DNA from: an uncultured Dehalococcoidaceae bacterium
GTDB lineage: Bacteria; Chloroflexota; Dehalococcoidia; UBA2979
Direction of reading: 5' to 3'
Length of the DNA: 58,457 nt
Assembly: GCA_964414675.1 (NCBI GenBank)
Contig: CAYPYF010000007.1
Span: 1-58,457 of the forward strand
In this document: in pieces, positions 44,181-53,918 of the stretch
How positions within the stretch are numbered: the stretch's first letter is position 1
How the letters are laid out: every line of letters begins with the position of its first letter
Program-made: the position numbers and the translations under genes
The notes under the pieces: generated by a model
Databases searched by the model: none
Seen by the model: the letters and a program-made list of their open reading frames with translations, nothing else
Told to the model about the DNA's origin: nothing

Positions 44181-45191
44181 ATGACAGCCATCGGCTACCT
44201 CCTGTCCGGCGAGGAACATGGCCCGGACACGCTCGTGAGGAACGCGAGCCGTGCGGAAGAGGCTGGGTTCGGCCTGGCGATCGTCTCGGACCACATCCAC
44301 CCGTGGTCCAACGCGCAGGGACACAGTCCCTTCGTCTGGACGGTGCTGGGCGCGATGGCGCAGTCGACGAGCACGCTGACCCTCGGAACCGGCGTGACCT
44401 GCCCGACGGTGCGGATCCATCCGGCGATCGTGGCGCATGCAGCAGCGACGGTCGCGACGATGCTGCCGGACCGCTTCTTCCTCGGCGTCGGCTCCGGCGA
44501 GAACCTGAACGAGCACGTCCTCGGCGACTACTGGCCGCGTCCTCCCGTGCGCCTGGAGATGCTCGAAGAGGCGATCGAGGTCATCCACCGGTTGTGGGAG
44601 GGCAAGCAGTGGAGCCATGACGGGCTGCACTACACGGTGGACGACCTGCGCATCTTCGACCTGCCGGAACGCACGCCGCCGATCATCTGCTCCGCCACCG
44701 GCCCGGTCGCAGCCCGGGTCGCGGCCACGGCGGACGGCGTGATCGTGCCGTCCCTCTCGCCCGAGGTGCTCGATGCATGGCGCGACGCCGGTGGACGCGG
44801 GCCGACCCTGGCCATGTTCCACATGGTCTATGCGGACTCCGAAGACGCCGCCCGGACGATCCTCTCCGAACGCTGGCCCCACACTCCCCTGGGAGGCGGC
44901 CTCGGCCTGGAGCTTCGGACGCCGGGCGAGTTCGACGAAGCGTCGAGGTTTATCCGCCCCGAGGATTATGACAAGTCAGAGATCCCGCTCGGCCCCGATC
45001 CCGCTCCGGTGCTCGAGAAGATCGAGGAATTCGCGGCGGCTGGCTTCGAGCATGTGATCATCCACAACATCGGCGAGGATCAGGAGCCGTTCTTCCGGTT
45101 CTTCGAGAACGAGCTCGCTCCCTCGATCTCGATCGATCCGCCGACCGTCGTTACCGGCGCTCGAACGGCGGTCGCTGGGACGCGGGCCTGA
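44181..45191 (+). CDS. F420-dependent LLM-class oxidoreductase (G6PDH-like, TIGR03557-type)
   Basis: SGEEHGP...SDHIHPW...GHSPFVW, GVTCPT.R.HPAIVAHAAAT, LGVGSGENLNEH. Confidence 0.9.
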   Translation: MTAIGYLLSGEEHGPDTLVRNASRAEEAGFGLAIVSDHIHPWSNAQGHSPFVWTVLGAMAQSTSTLTLGTGVTCPTVRIHPAIVAHAAATVATMLPDRFFLGVGSGENLNEHVLGDYWPRPPVRLEMLEEAIEVIHRLWEGKQWSHDGLHYTVDDLRIFDLPERTPPIICSATGPVAARVAATADGVIVPSLSPEVLDAWRDAGGRGPTLAMFHMVYADSEDAARTILSERWPHTPLGGGLGLELRTPGEFDEASRFIRPEDYDKSEIPLGPDPAPVLEKIEEFAAAGFEHVIIHNIGEDQEPFFRFFENELAPSISIDPPTVVTGARTAVAGTRA

Positions 45192-45218
45192 GTAGATCGG
45201 GACGGCCTGGTGGATCCG

Positions 45219-45875
45219 CTACGCAAGGAGTGGGGCGATCTGCCGCAGGTCCTCGACGAAGAGCCTTCGCGCCGTCTGGCGCGCGTCGACGCCTCGCGCC
45301 CGGAGGATCGAGGACGGATGCACCGTGGCGAGTACAGCCGGTGCCAGATCCGTGTCGCGGATCACCTCGCCTCGGTGCCGGGTGACGCGGAACGCACGGC
45401 CCAGCAGGGCCTGCGCCGCGGTCGCGCCGAGGCAGACGACCACCCGGGGGCGCACCGCCGTCACTTCGGCCGCCAGCCAGGGGCCGCAGGCATCGATCTC
45501 ATCCTGGCGAGGCTTCTGGTGAAGCCGGCGCTTCCCTCTCGGCGTCCACTTGAAGTGTTTCACCACGTTCGTGACGTAGGCGCCTGACCGATCGATGCCG
45601 GCCTCGTCCAGTGCATCATCGAGGAGCTGCCCGGCAGGGCCGACGAACGGGCGTCCCTCCTGGTCCTCGTGATCGCCCGGCTGCTCGCCGATGAGCATGA
45701 GACGAGCGGTGCGTGGCCCCTCGCCAAAGACAGCCTGGGTGGCGTCGCGATAGAGCGGGCACGCCGTGCATTGCTGGGCAGCCTCGTCCATTGCACGCAG
45801 TCCGCCTCGGGCGGGTACGAAGGGGGCTGCTGCGCCATCGCGGAGGTCTTCGAGGATCGAGCCGTCTGGCCTCAT
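45219..45875 (-). CDS. udgX: UdgX family-4 uracil-DNA binding protein
   Basis: CTACPLY, GEQPGD.ED..G.PFVGPAG, KHFKW..RGKRRLHQKP R-loop with His, TVHPSSILR. Confidence 0.92.
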   Translation of the reverse strand: MRPDGSILEDLRDGAAAPFVPARGGLRAMDEAAQQCTACPLYRDATQAVFGEGPRTARLMLIGEQPGDHEDQEGRPFVGPAGQLLDDALDEAGIDRSGAYVTNVVKHFKWTPRGKRRLHQKPRQDEIDACGPWLAAEVTAVRPRVVVCLGATAAQALLGRAFRVTRHRGEVIRDTDLAPAVLATVHPSSILRARGVDARQTARRLFVEDLRQIAPLLA

Positions 45876-46018
45876 CCCGCAACGCTAACCGGACTCCACT
45901 ACTACGCACGCAACGCCAGCCGTCACCTTCCTCGCGATTTCGTTGCTCCCCCGTGTCCGCTGCGGCAAGCGATCCAGCGCACGCTGAATGATGATCTGCT
46001 CGGTTGAGGGCATCCACG

Positions 46019-49000
46019 TCACCCCCAGCTCTTGCCGGCGGGCACGGCGAGCGTCTCGGCAGGGAAGAACTGCGCGACGGAGTCCGCGATCAGCGTCCGC
46101 TGCTCTCCCGCGCGCTCCTCGAGGGGGCCGGTGACGCGGATGAACGGGGCGGTACGGATGATGTCGCGGTGGGCCTCGACGAGTTCGCGGTTCACGAGGA
46201 CGTTCACCATGCCGAACTCGTCCTCCAGCAGCAGGAAGATGATCCCCTTTGCGGTGAGCGGCTGCTGACGGCAGACCACGAGCCCGGCGAGGTCGACGCG
46301 AGTGCCGGCCGGCATCGAGCGCAGGTGCAGACTGGAGACGACGCCCTCACCGAGGCCCGGGCGCAGGAACTGCATCGGGTGGCTGTTGGGCGAGAGGCGC
46401 AGCACGGCGTAGTCGCTGGCCATGCGCTGGTACTCGCTGAAGTCCGCCAGGCGTACCGCGTCCTGCTCCACCGGCAGCGCGAGGCGCAACTGCCGGTCGT
46501 GCCGGCGGCGCAGGTCCGCCTGCTCGTACCCACCGACAAACAGTCCCAGCTGCCAGATCAGCTCACGCCGGTTAAGGCCGAGGCTGTCGAAGGCGCCGAT
46601 GCGGATGAGGTTCGTCGTCGCTTCCTTCGAGAGCCCCGTGCGCTGCACGAACTCGAAGAGTGACCGGTACTCGCCGTCGCGCTGTCGTTCGTCCTCGATG
46701 CGTGCGGCGGCGGCCGCGCCGACCCCCTTCACGTACGCCAGGCCGACGCGCACCACGCCCCGCAGGTCCACGCCGGGGTCGTCCGGAAGGACCACGTCCA
46801 CGGTGCACTTCGCATTGCTCTGGTTCACGTCCGGACGATGGACCGCCACGCCATGGCGCTGCGCATCGTTCGTGAGGACGTGCGCGGGGTAGAAGCCCAT
46901 CGGCTGCTCGTTGAGCAGTGCACACAGGTACTCCGCCGGGTGATAGTGCTTGAGCCACGTCGACTGGTACGCGAGCAGGCCGAACGCCGCGCCGTGTGAG
47001 CGCGGGAAGCCGAACTCAGCGAAGCCCAGCAGGTTCTCGAACATGCGGGTCGCCTCCGCCGTGGAGACGTCCGGGTGCGTGACCGCGTGCTCCATGAACT
47101 TCTGGCGGTACGACTCCATGATCGCGAGCGACCGCTTGCGGCTCATCGCCCGGCGGAACGTCTCAGCCTCCCCGGGGGTGAAGCCACCCATCTGCTTCGC
47201 CACCTCGATCACCTGCTCCTGGAACAGCACGACGCCGAGCGTGTCCTTGAGGGCCTCGCGGACGCACTTCGGCATCGGCACGCGGTAGTCCGGGTTCCGG
47301 CGCTGCTCCTCACGACGACGGACGTAGGGGTTCACGGCGCCGCCGACGATCGGACCGGGACGCACGATCGACACCTGCACGGTGAGGTCATCGAGGTCCT
47401 CGGGGCGCGTGCGCGGCAGCATTGCGATCTGCGCGCGGGACTCGATCTGAAAGACGCCGACAGTGTCGCCGTTGCAGATCTCCTCGAAGACCGCTTTGTC
47501 CTGCATGGGGATGCGCGACAGGTCCACCACCCGTTGCGTCTGCTGTTCGACGAGGTCGACGCACTCCTCGACCACGGAAAGCATGCCGAGGCCGAGGAAG
47601 TCGATCTTCACCATGCGCGCGTCCTCGATGCTGTCCTTGTCCCAGTGCGCGATGAAGCGGTCCGGCCAGCGCGCCGGCTGGCAGGGGACGCAGTCGATGA
47701 GCGGGTCAGAGGAGATCACCATCCCCCCCACGTGCTGCGACAGGTGGCGAGGGAACCCGGCGAGCTGGTGCGCCATCTCCGAGAGGTGCCGCCAGGCGCG
47801 GTCCTCCGCACCCTCGTACGTACCGGAGAGCTCCGCGACGCCGCGCTGACGCTGTACCTCCTCTGCCATCTGCGTCGCGCGGTCGTACGGCTTCGCCCGC
47901 TTGGCGAGGCGGTCGACCTCGGTCTCGGGCAGGCCAAACGCGCGGCCGATGTCGCGCACCGCGCTGCGGATGCGGTACGTGGGGAAGATCGCGACGAGCG
48001 CGGCGTGGTCTCGGCCCCAGTGCTCGTACACGCGCTTGATGAGCTGCTCGCGGATGTCGCGCGGGAAGTCAAGGTCGATGTCCGGCAGCGACAGCAGCGA
48101 GTCGTTGAGGAACCGGTCGACCGAAAGGTGGTTTCGGATCGGATCGATGTGCGACAGGCCAATGAGGTAACAGACCAGCGAGGACACCGACGATCCTCGA
48201 CCGCGCCCCGGCGGCAACTCCGTGACGCTGCGCGCGCGGCTCGGGCCGCGGACCTCCTCGGCGACCTGGACCGCAAGCTTCATCACCTCGAAGTAGACGA
48301 GGAAGAACCCCGCGAGGCCGTTCATCTCGATCATCTCGAGTTCGTACTCGAGGCGGTCGAGCGCCGGCTGGCGCTCGTTCAGCACGTACTTCGGGAGCAG
48401 GCGCTCCATGCAGATGCGGCGCAACTCCTCGATCGGCGGCAGGCCGCTCTCGTTCTCGGGGTCGGGCAGGCGGTAGCCGAGGTCCTGGGTGAGGTCGAAG
48501 GTGCAGCGCCGCGCAATGCGGACGGAGTTCGCGGCGGCCTCCGGGTGGTACGTCTCGAATCGCCGGGCCTGGTCCTGCGGGGACCGCAGGTAGAACTCCC
48601 CGTTCGGACGGCGCTCACGATGCGACTCGTCGAGGGTCTTTCGGTGCTTGATGGAGACGAGCACGTCCTGCAGCCGCGCCCGGTCCGGCTCGTGGTAGTG
48701 CACATCCCCGGTGCCGACGACCTCGACCCCGACGCGCTCTGCGAGGGCCACGAGCGCACGGTTCCTCGGCCGGTCGCCGAAGACGAGGTTGTCGACCAGC
48801 TCGACGTACACGTCCTCGCGGCCGAACCAGGTGACCCAGCGCGCGAGGGCCGCCTCGGCCTCGGCTGTCCGTCCGGCGTGCACCAATTGCGTCACGAGGC
48901 CCTCGCGACAGCCCGTGAGCAGGATCAGCCCGTCCGTGTGTCCTTCCAGGAACGCGACCGGCAGCACCGGATCGAGGCGACGCTGCTCGCGGCCGTCCTG

Positions 49001-49471
49001 CTTCTCCTCGTGCAGTCCAAACGCCTCGCTCGAGAGCCGGCAGAGGTTCGCGTACCCCTCGCGGCGTTCGGCGAGCAGCGTGACATGGTGGCGGGCGCCG
49101 TCCTCCTCGGCGAGCGTGAGCTCCAGGCCGGTGATCGGTCGCATGCCGATCTCCTTCGCCGCGCGCGCGAACTCCATCGAGCCGTACATGCCCTCGTGGT
49201 CCGTGAGGGCGAGCGCGCGGTGGCCCTGGTCGTAGGCCTGCACCAGCAACTCGTCGATCCGCGAGGCACCCTCGAGCAGCGAGTAGTTCGAGTGCGCGTG
49301 CAGCTCGACGTATGGCACGTCGTCGAGGACGGAGAGCGGGACGGCCGCGGCGGGATCCCGCGGGGCCATCGAGCGTGGCGTGTCCGCCTCCACCTGGGTA
49401 TCGATCTGGCGGCGTCGTTCCGCGAACGCCTCCCACGAGTAGTCGTAGGGCGAGTGCTTGAGCGGACTCAT
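46019..49471 (-). CDS. dnaE2: Error-prone DNA polymerase III alpha homolog DnaE2/ImuC
   Basis: PHP motifs (ELHAHS, TDH), GRGSS, PDIDLDF, KIDFLGLGML, FAEFGFPRSH, LLNEQPMGFY, OB fold. Context next to imuB. Start placed at ATG 49471. Confidence 0.95.
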   Translation of the reverse strand: MSPLKHSPYDYSWEAFAERRRQIDTQVEADTPRSMAPRDPAAAVPLSVLDDVPYVELHAHSNYSLLEGASRIDELLVQAYDQGHRALALTDHEGMYGSMEFARAAKEIGMRPITGLELTLAEEDGARHHVTLLAERREGYANLCRLSSEAFGLHEEKQDGREQRRLDPVLPVAFLEGHTDGLILLTGCREGLVTQLVHAGRTAEAEAALARWVTWFGREDVYVELVDNLVFGDRPRNRALVALAERVGVEVVGTGDVHYHEPDRARLQDVLVSIKHRKTLDESHRERRPNGEFYLRSPQDQARRFETYHPEAAANSVRIARRCTFDLTQDLGYRLPDPENESGLPPIEELRRICMERLLPKYVLNERQPALDRLEYELEMIEMNGLAGFFLVYFEVMKLAVQVAEEVRGPSRARSVTELPPGRGRGSSVSSLVCYLIGLSHIDPIRNHLSVDRFLNDSLLSLPDIDLDFPRDIREQLIKRVYEHWGRDHAALVAIFPTYRIRSAVRDIGRAFGLPETEVDRLAKRAKPYDRATQMAEEVQRQRGVAELSGTYEGAEDRAWRHLSEMAHQLAGFPRHLSQHVGGMVISSDPLIDCVPCQPARWPDRFIAHWDKDSIEDARMVKIDFLGLGMLSVVEECVDLVEQQTQRVVDLSRIPMQDKAVFEEICNGDTVGVFQIESRAQIAMLPRTRPEDLDDLTVQVSIVRPGPIVGGAVNPYVRRREEQRRNPDYRVPMPKCVREALKDTLGVVLFQEQVIEVAKQMGGFTPGEAETFRRAMSRKRSLAIMESYRQKFMEHAVTHPDVSTAEATRMFENLLGFAEFGFPRSHGAAFGLLAYQSTWLKHYHPAEYLCALLNEQPMGFYPAHVLTNDAQRHGVAVHRPDVNQSNAKCTVDVVLPDDPGVDLRGVVRVGLAYVKGVGAAAAARIEDERQRDGEYRSLFEFVQRTGLSKEATTNLIRIGAFDSLGLNRRELIWQLGLFVGGYEQADLRRRHDRQLRLALPVEQDAVRLADFSEYQRMASDYAVLRLSPNSHPMQFLRPGLGEGVVSSLHLRSMPAGTRVDLAGLVVCRQQPLTAKGIIFLLLEDEFGMVNVLVNRELVEAHRDIIRTAPFIRVTGPLEERAGEQRTLIADSVAQFFPAETLAVPAGKSWG

Positions 49472-49507
49472 TGAGGTGGCCTGGCGACCGTGTGCACGGA
49501 GGCAGTG

Positions 49508-49540
49508 CATGTATATACTTCATAACGGAGCGTATATATG
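49508..49540. promoter_or_regulatory. AT-rich inverted repeat, probable TA operator/promoter between divergent dnaE2 and antitoxin
   Basis: CATGTATATAC-N13-GTATATATG, containing a TATACT -10-like hexamer. Confidence 0.6.
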
Positions 49541-49861
49541 GAACTCACCACTGTGCAGTACTCGACCGTCTCGACGAAGGGCCTCGCCGTCATCCCCAGG
49601 GCCGTACGGGAACGGCTGGGCCTGCGACAGGGCGACAAGGTGGCGTTCGTGATGACCTCGGACGGTGTCTGGATCCAACCGGCCACCGAGGATCCCGTGG
49701 CCCGTGGGCTCGGCCTGCTCGCTCCGGCGCGGATCGACATCCTCGCGGACAAGCGCGCTGAAGCGGCGGCCGAGGAGCGGGACCTGCCCGCCCCTCGCCG
49801 GCAGACGGCCCCACGCGTGGCTGAACAGTCAGGGACATATCGGACGCCGCGGAAGCGGTGA
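49538..49861 (+). CDS. AbrB/MazE/SpoVT-family antitoxin
   Basis: STVSTKGLAVIPRAVRERLGLRQGDKVAF. GTGA overlap with the PIN gene. Confidence 0.88.
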   Translation: MELTTVQYSTVSTKGLAVIPRAVRERLGLRQGDKVAFVMTSDGVWIQPATEDPVARGLGLLAPARIDILADKRAEAAAEERDLPAPRRQTAPRVAEQSGTYRTPRKR

Positions 49862-50298
49862 ATCCCCGCGCCGCCGAAGAGGAGTCGCGCCGGGTCGTCC
49901 TCGACTCCTTCGCCGTGCTCGCGTACCTGCAGGACGAACCCGGTGGACGCGCGGTGCAGGCGCTGCTCCGAGCAGCGGCCGAGGGCGCCGCCTCGCTTCA
50001 CATGACCACCGTGAATGTCGGTGAGGTCGCATACCGCGTCGAGCGCGCCTACGGCGCAGCGCGACTGCGCGATGTCCTCGTCTGGCTGCGTTCCGCGCCG
50101 ATCGAGCTGCACGCAGTCGACGAGGAACTGGCGCTGGGTGCTGCTGAGATCAAGGCCAGGCACGCGATGGCGTTCGCCGACTGCATCGCGGCTGCGCTGG
50201 CCCGTCTGCTCGATGCGGAGCTGGCGACCGGTGATCCTGAGCTGCGCCCCCTGGACGGTCACCCGCGGCTCCTCTGGTTGCCATCGCCGAAGCGTTGA
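49858..50298 (+). CDS. vapC: PIN-domain (VapC) toxin
   Basis: VVLDSFAVLAY, NVGEV, AFADCIAAA, LATGDPEL: the acidic tetrad is present. Confidence 0.9.
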   Translation: MNPRAAEEESRRVVLDSFAVLAYLQDEPGGRAVQALLRAAAEGAASLHMTTVNVGEVAYRVERAYGAARLRDVLVWLRSAPIELHAVDEELALGAAEIKARHAMAFADCIAAALARLLDAELATGDPELRPLDGHPRLLWLPSPKR

Positions 50299-50636
50299 CC
50301 ATCTCCTCCTTGAGCAGGCTCGCTGTACGGCTGCTCGTACCAGGCGCCGGTCACGTCATCGCGGTAGAGCGTCAGAGGTCTGCCGTCCGAGAGGACGATC
50401 CGGTAGTACGTCCGTCGCTGTGGCGCCTCGCGCCACCATGCTTCGGCCAGCCGCCACTGCTCCTCGATGCTCTCGACGCGGGACTCCGGCCCTCGATGCC
50501 CCCGCGCGTCGAGGCGCGCGACGGCGAGCGGCATCGCGTCGCCGTCTTCCTGCACGACGACTCCACGAGGCAGCCCCAGCGGACGCAGGCCCAACGGACG
50601 CAGGGAGGTGGGACTCATGCGCCGTGCGGGCGTCAC
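50259..50636 (-). CDS. DUF6504-like small mutasome-associated protein
   Basis: V..I.E.WR....WWR....RTYYR+.L.DGR.L.LYRD...G.WY pattern. GTGA overlap with the imuB stop (alternative start 50618). Confidence 0.75.
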   Translation of the reverse strand: MTPARRMSPTSLRPLGLRPLGLPRGVVVQEDGDAMPLAVARLDARGHRGPESRVESIEEQWRLAEAWWREAPQRRTYYRIVLSDGRPLTLYRDDVTGAWYEQPYSEPAQGGDGQRFGDGNQRSRG

Positions 50637-51856
50637 GGGTCGTACTCCAGCAGCGCGTGACGCCGCTCCGGCAGGCGGTGCCACGGCTCCATGTCCACGA
50701 CCCGCGTGATCGGCGACTCGCCGAAGCGCACCTTCAGGTGCCGCACCATCTCGTCCAGTTGCTCGCTTCGGCGGGACTGTTCGACGAACAGGCTGTGCTG
50801 GCGTCCGCTCTCCTCGGTCAGTCCGCCCAGTTCCAGCGTGACCAGCGAGAACGGCCCCGGGAACTCCGCGTACTCCACTGCCGTGCGCAGCACGGTCCAG
50901 AGCCGTGCCCGGTCGCCCAGCGGCTCGCGCAGGACCTGATCGTGCTCCCAGAGCGCACCGCGCTCCGTCTCCGCCCAGAGCCGGATGCTCCGCACGAAGC
51001 GATTGCGCGCGCGAGGGTGCCGCAGTGCGCGGCCCAGCATCTGCTCGATGCCGTGGAGGATCGCCTCGCGGCTCACGAGCGGCGGCTCGGCCTGCACATA
51101 CTCGACGACGCGCTCGCGCTCCCACGGCCGAGGGCGCAACGGACGGGGGTCCTCGCCTCGCGCCGCCAGCCAGGCGACCCCGCCGGCGAGCCCGAACCGC
51201 GCCTCCACCGCGTGCCGGGGCAGGACCGCGAGTTGCCCGCAGGCGTCGATGCCGAGCAGGTGAAGTTGCTCGATGTCCTCCGGCGCCAGCGGCAGGTAGC
51301 GCACCGACTCATCCGCCATGAACGTGGCGGCTTCGCCCTCCGACACCTGGACCACCGCCGAGGGCTCCGCTCGACGTGCGGCGAGGTACGCCGTCAGCCG
51401 ATGACTGCCGAGGCCGAGCTGTGGACTCAGCCGCTCCGGTACCCCGGCGAACACCGCCCGTCGCAGGTCCTCGATGCGCGGGTACAGCGCCTCCGTCCCG
51501 CGCAGGTCTGCGAAGACGATCCCGGGCTCTGCCTCCTCGACGAGCGGGCTGACCGAGGCCATCGCCTCCACCAGGCTCGCTGCGTAGCGCGCCACCAGTG
51601 CGGGGCGCTGCTCGAGGATGGTGAGCGTCGGGCACACGGCCACGGCATCGCGCAGCGTCATCCCCGTCCGCACGCCGTGCAGACGCGCCTCGCGGGTCAC
51701 CTCGACGACGCGGCCCCGCCCGAGGTCGCTCAGCGCGACGGGAGCACCGGCCAGGCCCGGGCGCTCCACCAGTTCGCACTGGAATGCGAGCGCGGGGATC
51801 GCGAGGCAGGCGATCGCGCGGGAGTGGTCGGGGAGCGGCAAGCGGGCTGTGGACAT
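50633..51856 (-). CDS. imuB: ImuB-like catalytically inactive Y-family polymerase
   Basis: Y-family fold (AR..GVR.GM.L.DA...CP, SPLVE) without the catalytic Asp/DE residues. C-terminal RLPERR. SOS box upstream. Confidence 0.85.
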   Translation of the reverse strand: MSTARLPLPDHSRAIACLAIPALAFQCELVERPGLAGAPVALSDLGRGRVVEVTREARLHGVRTGMTLRDAVAVCPTLTILEQRPALVARYAASLVEAMASVSPLVEEAEPGIVFADLRGTEALYPRIEDLRRAVFAGVPERLSPQLGLGSHRLTAYLAARRAEPSAVVQVSEGEAATFMADESVRYLPLAPEDIEQLHLLGIDACGQLAVLPRHAVEARFGLAGGVAWLAARGEDPRPLRPRPWERERVVEYVQAEPPLVSREAILHGIEQMLGRALRHPRARNRFVRSIRLWAETERGALWEHDQVLREPLGDRARLWTVLRTAVEYAEFPGPFSLVTLELGGLTEESGRQHSLFVEQSRRSEQLDEMVRHLKVRFGESPITRVVDMEPWHRLPERRHALLEYDP

Positions 51857-51890
51857 CCTCATCCCTGCCAATCGGGGGAGGGATGGTATC

Positions 51891-51904
51891 AGAACGTCCG
51901 TTCT
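51891..51904. promoter_or_regulatory. LexA (SOS) box
   Basis: AGAAC-GTCC-GTTCT, 35 nt upstream of imuB. Matches the GAAC-N4-GTTC class and the AGAAC-N4-GTTCT site described for Dehalococcoides. Confidence 0.85.
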
Positions 51905-51994
51905 ATCTCTGTGACACGGCACTCCGCGTGCCGAGATTTAGCCCACCTTGCCAATGTGGCGGTGTGGAGCGAAGTGCGGGAGCGCCGAGCCGAC

Positions 51995-53596
51995 CTACGG
52001 CCGGACGGCGCGCTTCTCGCGTTTCGCGAGGCGCGCGAGGGCCGGCTGGGCGAGCCGGACGAACCGGCAGGCGAGCGCGCGGGTGTCGCGAGGATCGATC
52101 AGGTCGGTGACGTCGAAGTGGTGGGCGGAGCGGAACGGGGAACGGAGTTTGATGATCCGCTCCTCGATCATCTTCTGGTGCGCCTCCGGATCCGCCGCCG
52201 CCGCGATCTCGCGTGCGTAGGAGGCAGCGACACCGCCCTCGATCGGGATGCCGCCCCACTCGCCGGAGGGCCACCCGAAGCGGAGGTTCACGCCGGCGGG
52301 CACGCCGATGCTGTTGGGGACGCCGGCTCCCACGCCGTACGCCTTGCGGATCGCGAACAGCACCTTCGGCACTTTCGCCTCGGCGCTGGCGATCAGCGCG
52401 CGCGCACCTCGACGCATCGAGGCCTGCGACTCCGAGTGCGAGCCGATCATGAACCCCGGCATGTCCAGGAAGATGATCATCGGGAGGTTGAACGCGTCAC
52501 AGAGGTCCACGAAGTGCGCGTACTTGTCGGAGGCGTCCGCCGTGAGCGAGCCGCCGACGACCATCGGGTCGCTCGCGAGGATCCCGACGCTGAAGCCGTC
52601 CAGGCGCGCGAAGGCCGTCATGATCGAGCCGCCGTAGTAGCGCCGCATCTCGAAGAACTGGCCGTTGTCCACGACATGCCCGATGAGGCGGCGGATGTCA
52701 TACCCGGCCCGCCGGTCCCGGGGCATGATCGTCAGGAGCTCCTCGGCGCGGCGCTCCGGCGGGTCGCCGGTCTCCACGCGCGGGGCGACATCGTTCGTCG
52801 TGTCCGGGAGGTAGCTGAGGAACTGCTTGATCTGGTCGAAGGCGTCTTCCTCGGACTCCGCTTCGTTATCCACCTGGCCGCTGCGATGCACATGCATCGC
52901 AGCCCCGCCGAGCTCGTCCTTGGTGAGTTGCTCGCCGAGCGACCGCCGGACGACCTGCGGGCCGGACGGGAAGATCTGGGACTGCTCTTTCACCATGACG
53001 GAGAAGTGGGTCATCATCGCGTGCGCCGCCGGTGCCCCGGCGGTGGAGCCCATGATGCCCGTCGCCACCGGGACGGTGCGCAGGACCTCGGCCAGCCGCC
53101 AGTAGCCCTCGCCGGTGGAGAGCGCCATGTGCTGGCGCGTCTCGTCCGAGCGCGCGCTGTGGCCGACACCCTCCACGAGCTGGACGTACGGGATGCCGTA
53201 CTGCGACGCGAGCGGCATCGCGAACTGCGCGGGGCCTTTCTGCACATCGTGCGGGCTGCCGCCGGAGCGCGTGAAGTCGTGCCCGCCGATGGCGATGGGG
53301 CGCCCGTCGATCTCTCCGAGGCCCATCACGTAGCCCCCGGGGTTGAACGAGCGCAGGTTCCCATCGTCGTCATACTCGGCGGCGCCGACGAGCGGGCCGG
53401 CTTCGAAGAAGCTGCCCGGGTCCACGAACTTCTCGACGCGCTCGCGGATCGTGTAGCGGCCCCCGGCGTGCTGTCGTTCGATGCGTTCAGGTCCACCCAT
53501 CTCCTCGGCGAGGCCGCGGATGTAGGCGATGTCCTCGACTGCCTGGTCCCAGGGCATGCCGGGCTTCCAGCTTTCGCGCGTCGGATCGATGGGCAT
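51995..53596 (-). CDS. Acyl-CoA carboxylase/decarboxylase carboxyl transferase subunit
   Basis: GRYTIRERVEKFVDPGSF, DFTRSGGS, FPSGPQVV, ELGGA.MH..SG.VD, DMPGFMIG..SE. Confidence 0.92.
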   Translation of the reverse strand: MPIDPTRESWKPGMPWDQAVEDIAYIRGLAEEMGGPERIERQHAGGRYTIRERVEKFVDPGSFFEAGPLVGAAEYDDDGNLRSFNPGGYVMGLGEIDGRPIAIGGHDFTRSGGSPHDVQKGPAQFAMPLASQYGIPYVQLVEGVGHSARSDETRQHMALSTGEGYWRLAEVLRTVPVATGIMGSTAGAPAAHAMMTHFSVMVKEQSQIFPSGPQVVRRSLGEQLTKDELGGAAMHVHRSGQVDNEAESEEDAFDQIKQFLSYLPDTTNDVAPRVETGDPPERRAEELLTIMPRDRRAGYDIRRLIGHVVDNGQFFEMRRYYGGSIMTAFARLDGFSVGILASDPMVVGGSLTADASDKYAHFVDLCDAFNLPMIIFLDMPGFMIGSHSESQASMRRGARALIASAEAKVPKVLFAIRKAYGVGAGVPNSIGVPAGVNLRFGWPSGEWGGIPIEGGVAASYAREIAAAADPEAHQKMIEERIIKLRSPFRSAHHFDVTDLIDPRDTRALACRFVRLAQPALARLAKREKRAVRP

Positions 53597-53655
53597 GGGG
53601 CAGGCCTATTCCTCGTCGGCCAGCAGGCCGGACTGTGCTGGATCGCAGACGCGGG

Positions 53656-53865
53656 CTACTCGATCGTCGCGAGCGGCGTCCCGGGGTTGATGAAGTCACC
53701 GACGGCGACGTGGATCGCGGTCACGCGCCCGGCCGCGGTGGCCAGGACGGGCTGGAACATCTTCATGGACTCCAGCGTGAACAGTTCCTGGTCCACGGTG
53801 ACCTCGTCGCCCACGGATACGTGGATCGTCTGCACCAGCCCTGGCCAGGTGGTCGAAACCTGCAC
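53656..53865 (-). CDS. Stand-alone biotin carboxyl carrier protein
   Basis: LESMKMF biotinylation motif. GGAG RBS before GTG 53865. Confidence 0.88.
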   Translation of the reverse strand: MQVSTTWPGLVQTIHVSVGDEVTVDQELFTLESMKMFQPVLATAAGRVTAIHVAVGDFINPGTPLATIE

Positions 53866-53918
53866 GTGTACTCCTGTCTCTCCCAGATGCTTGCTGACCG
53901 GGGGTGTCAGATCGGCCG

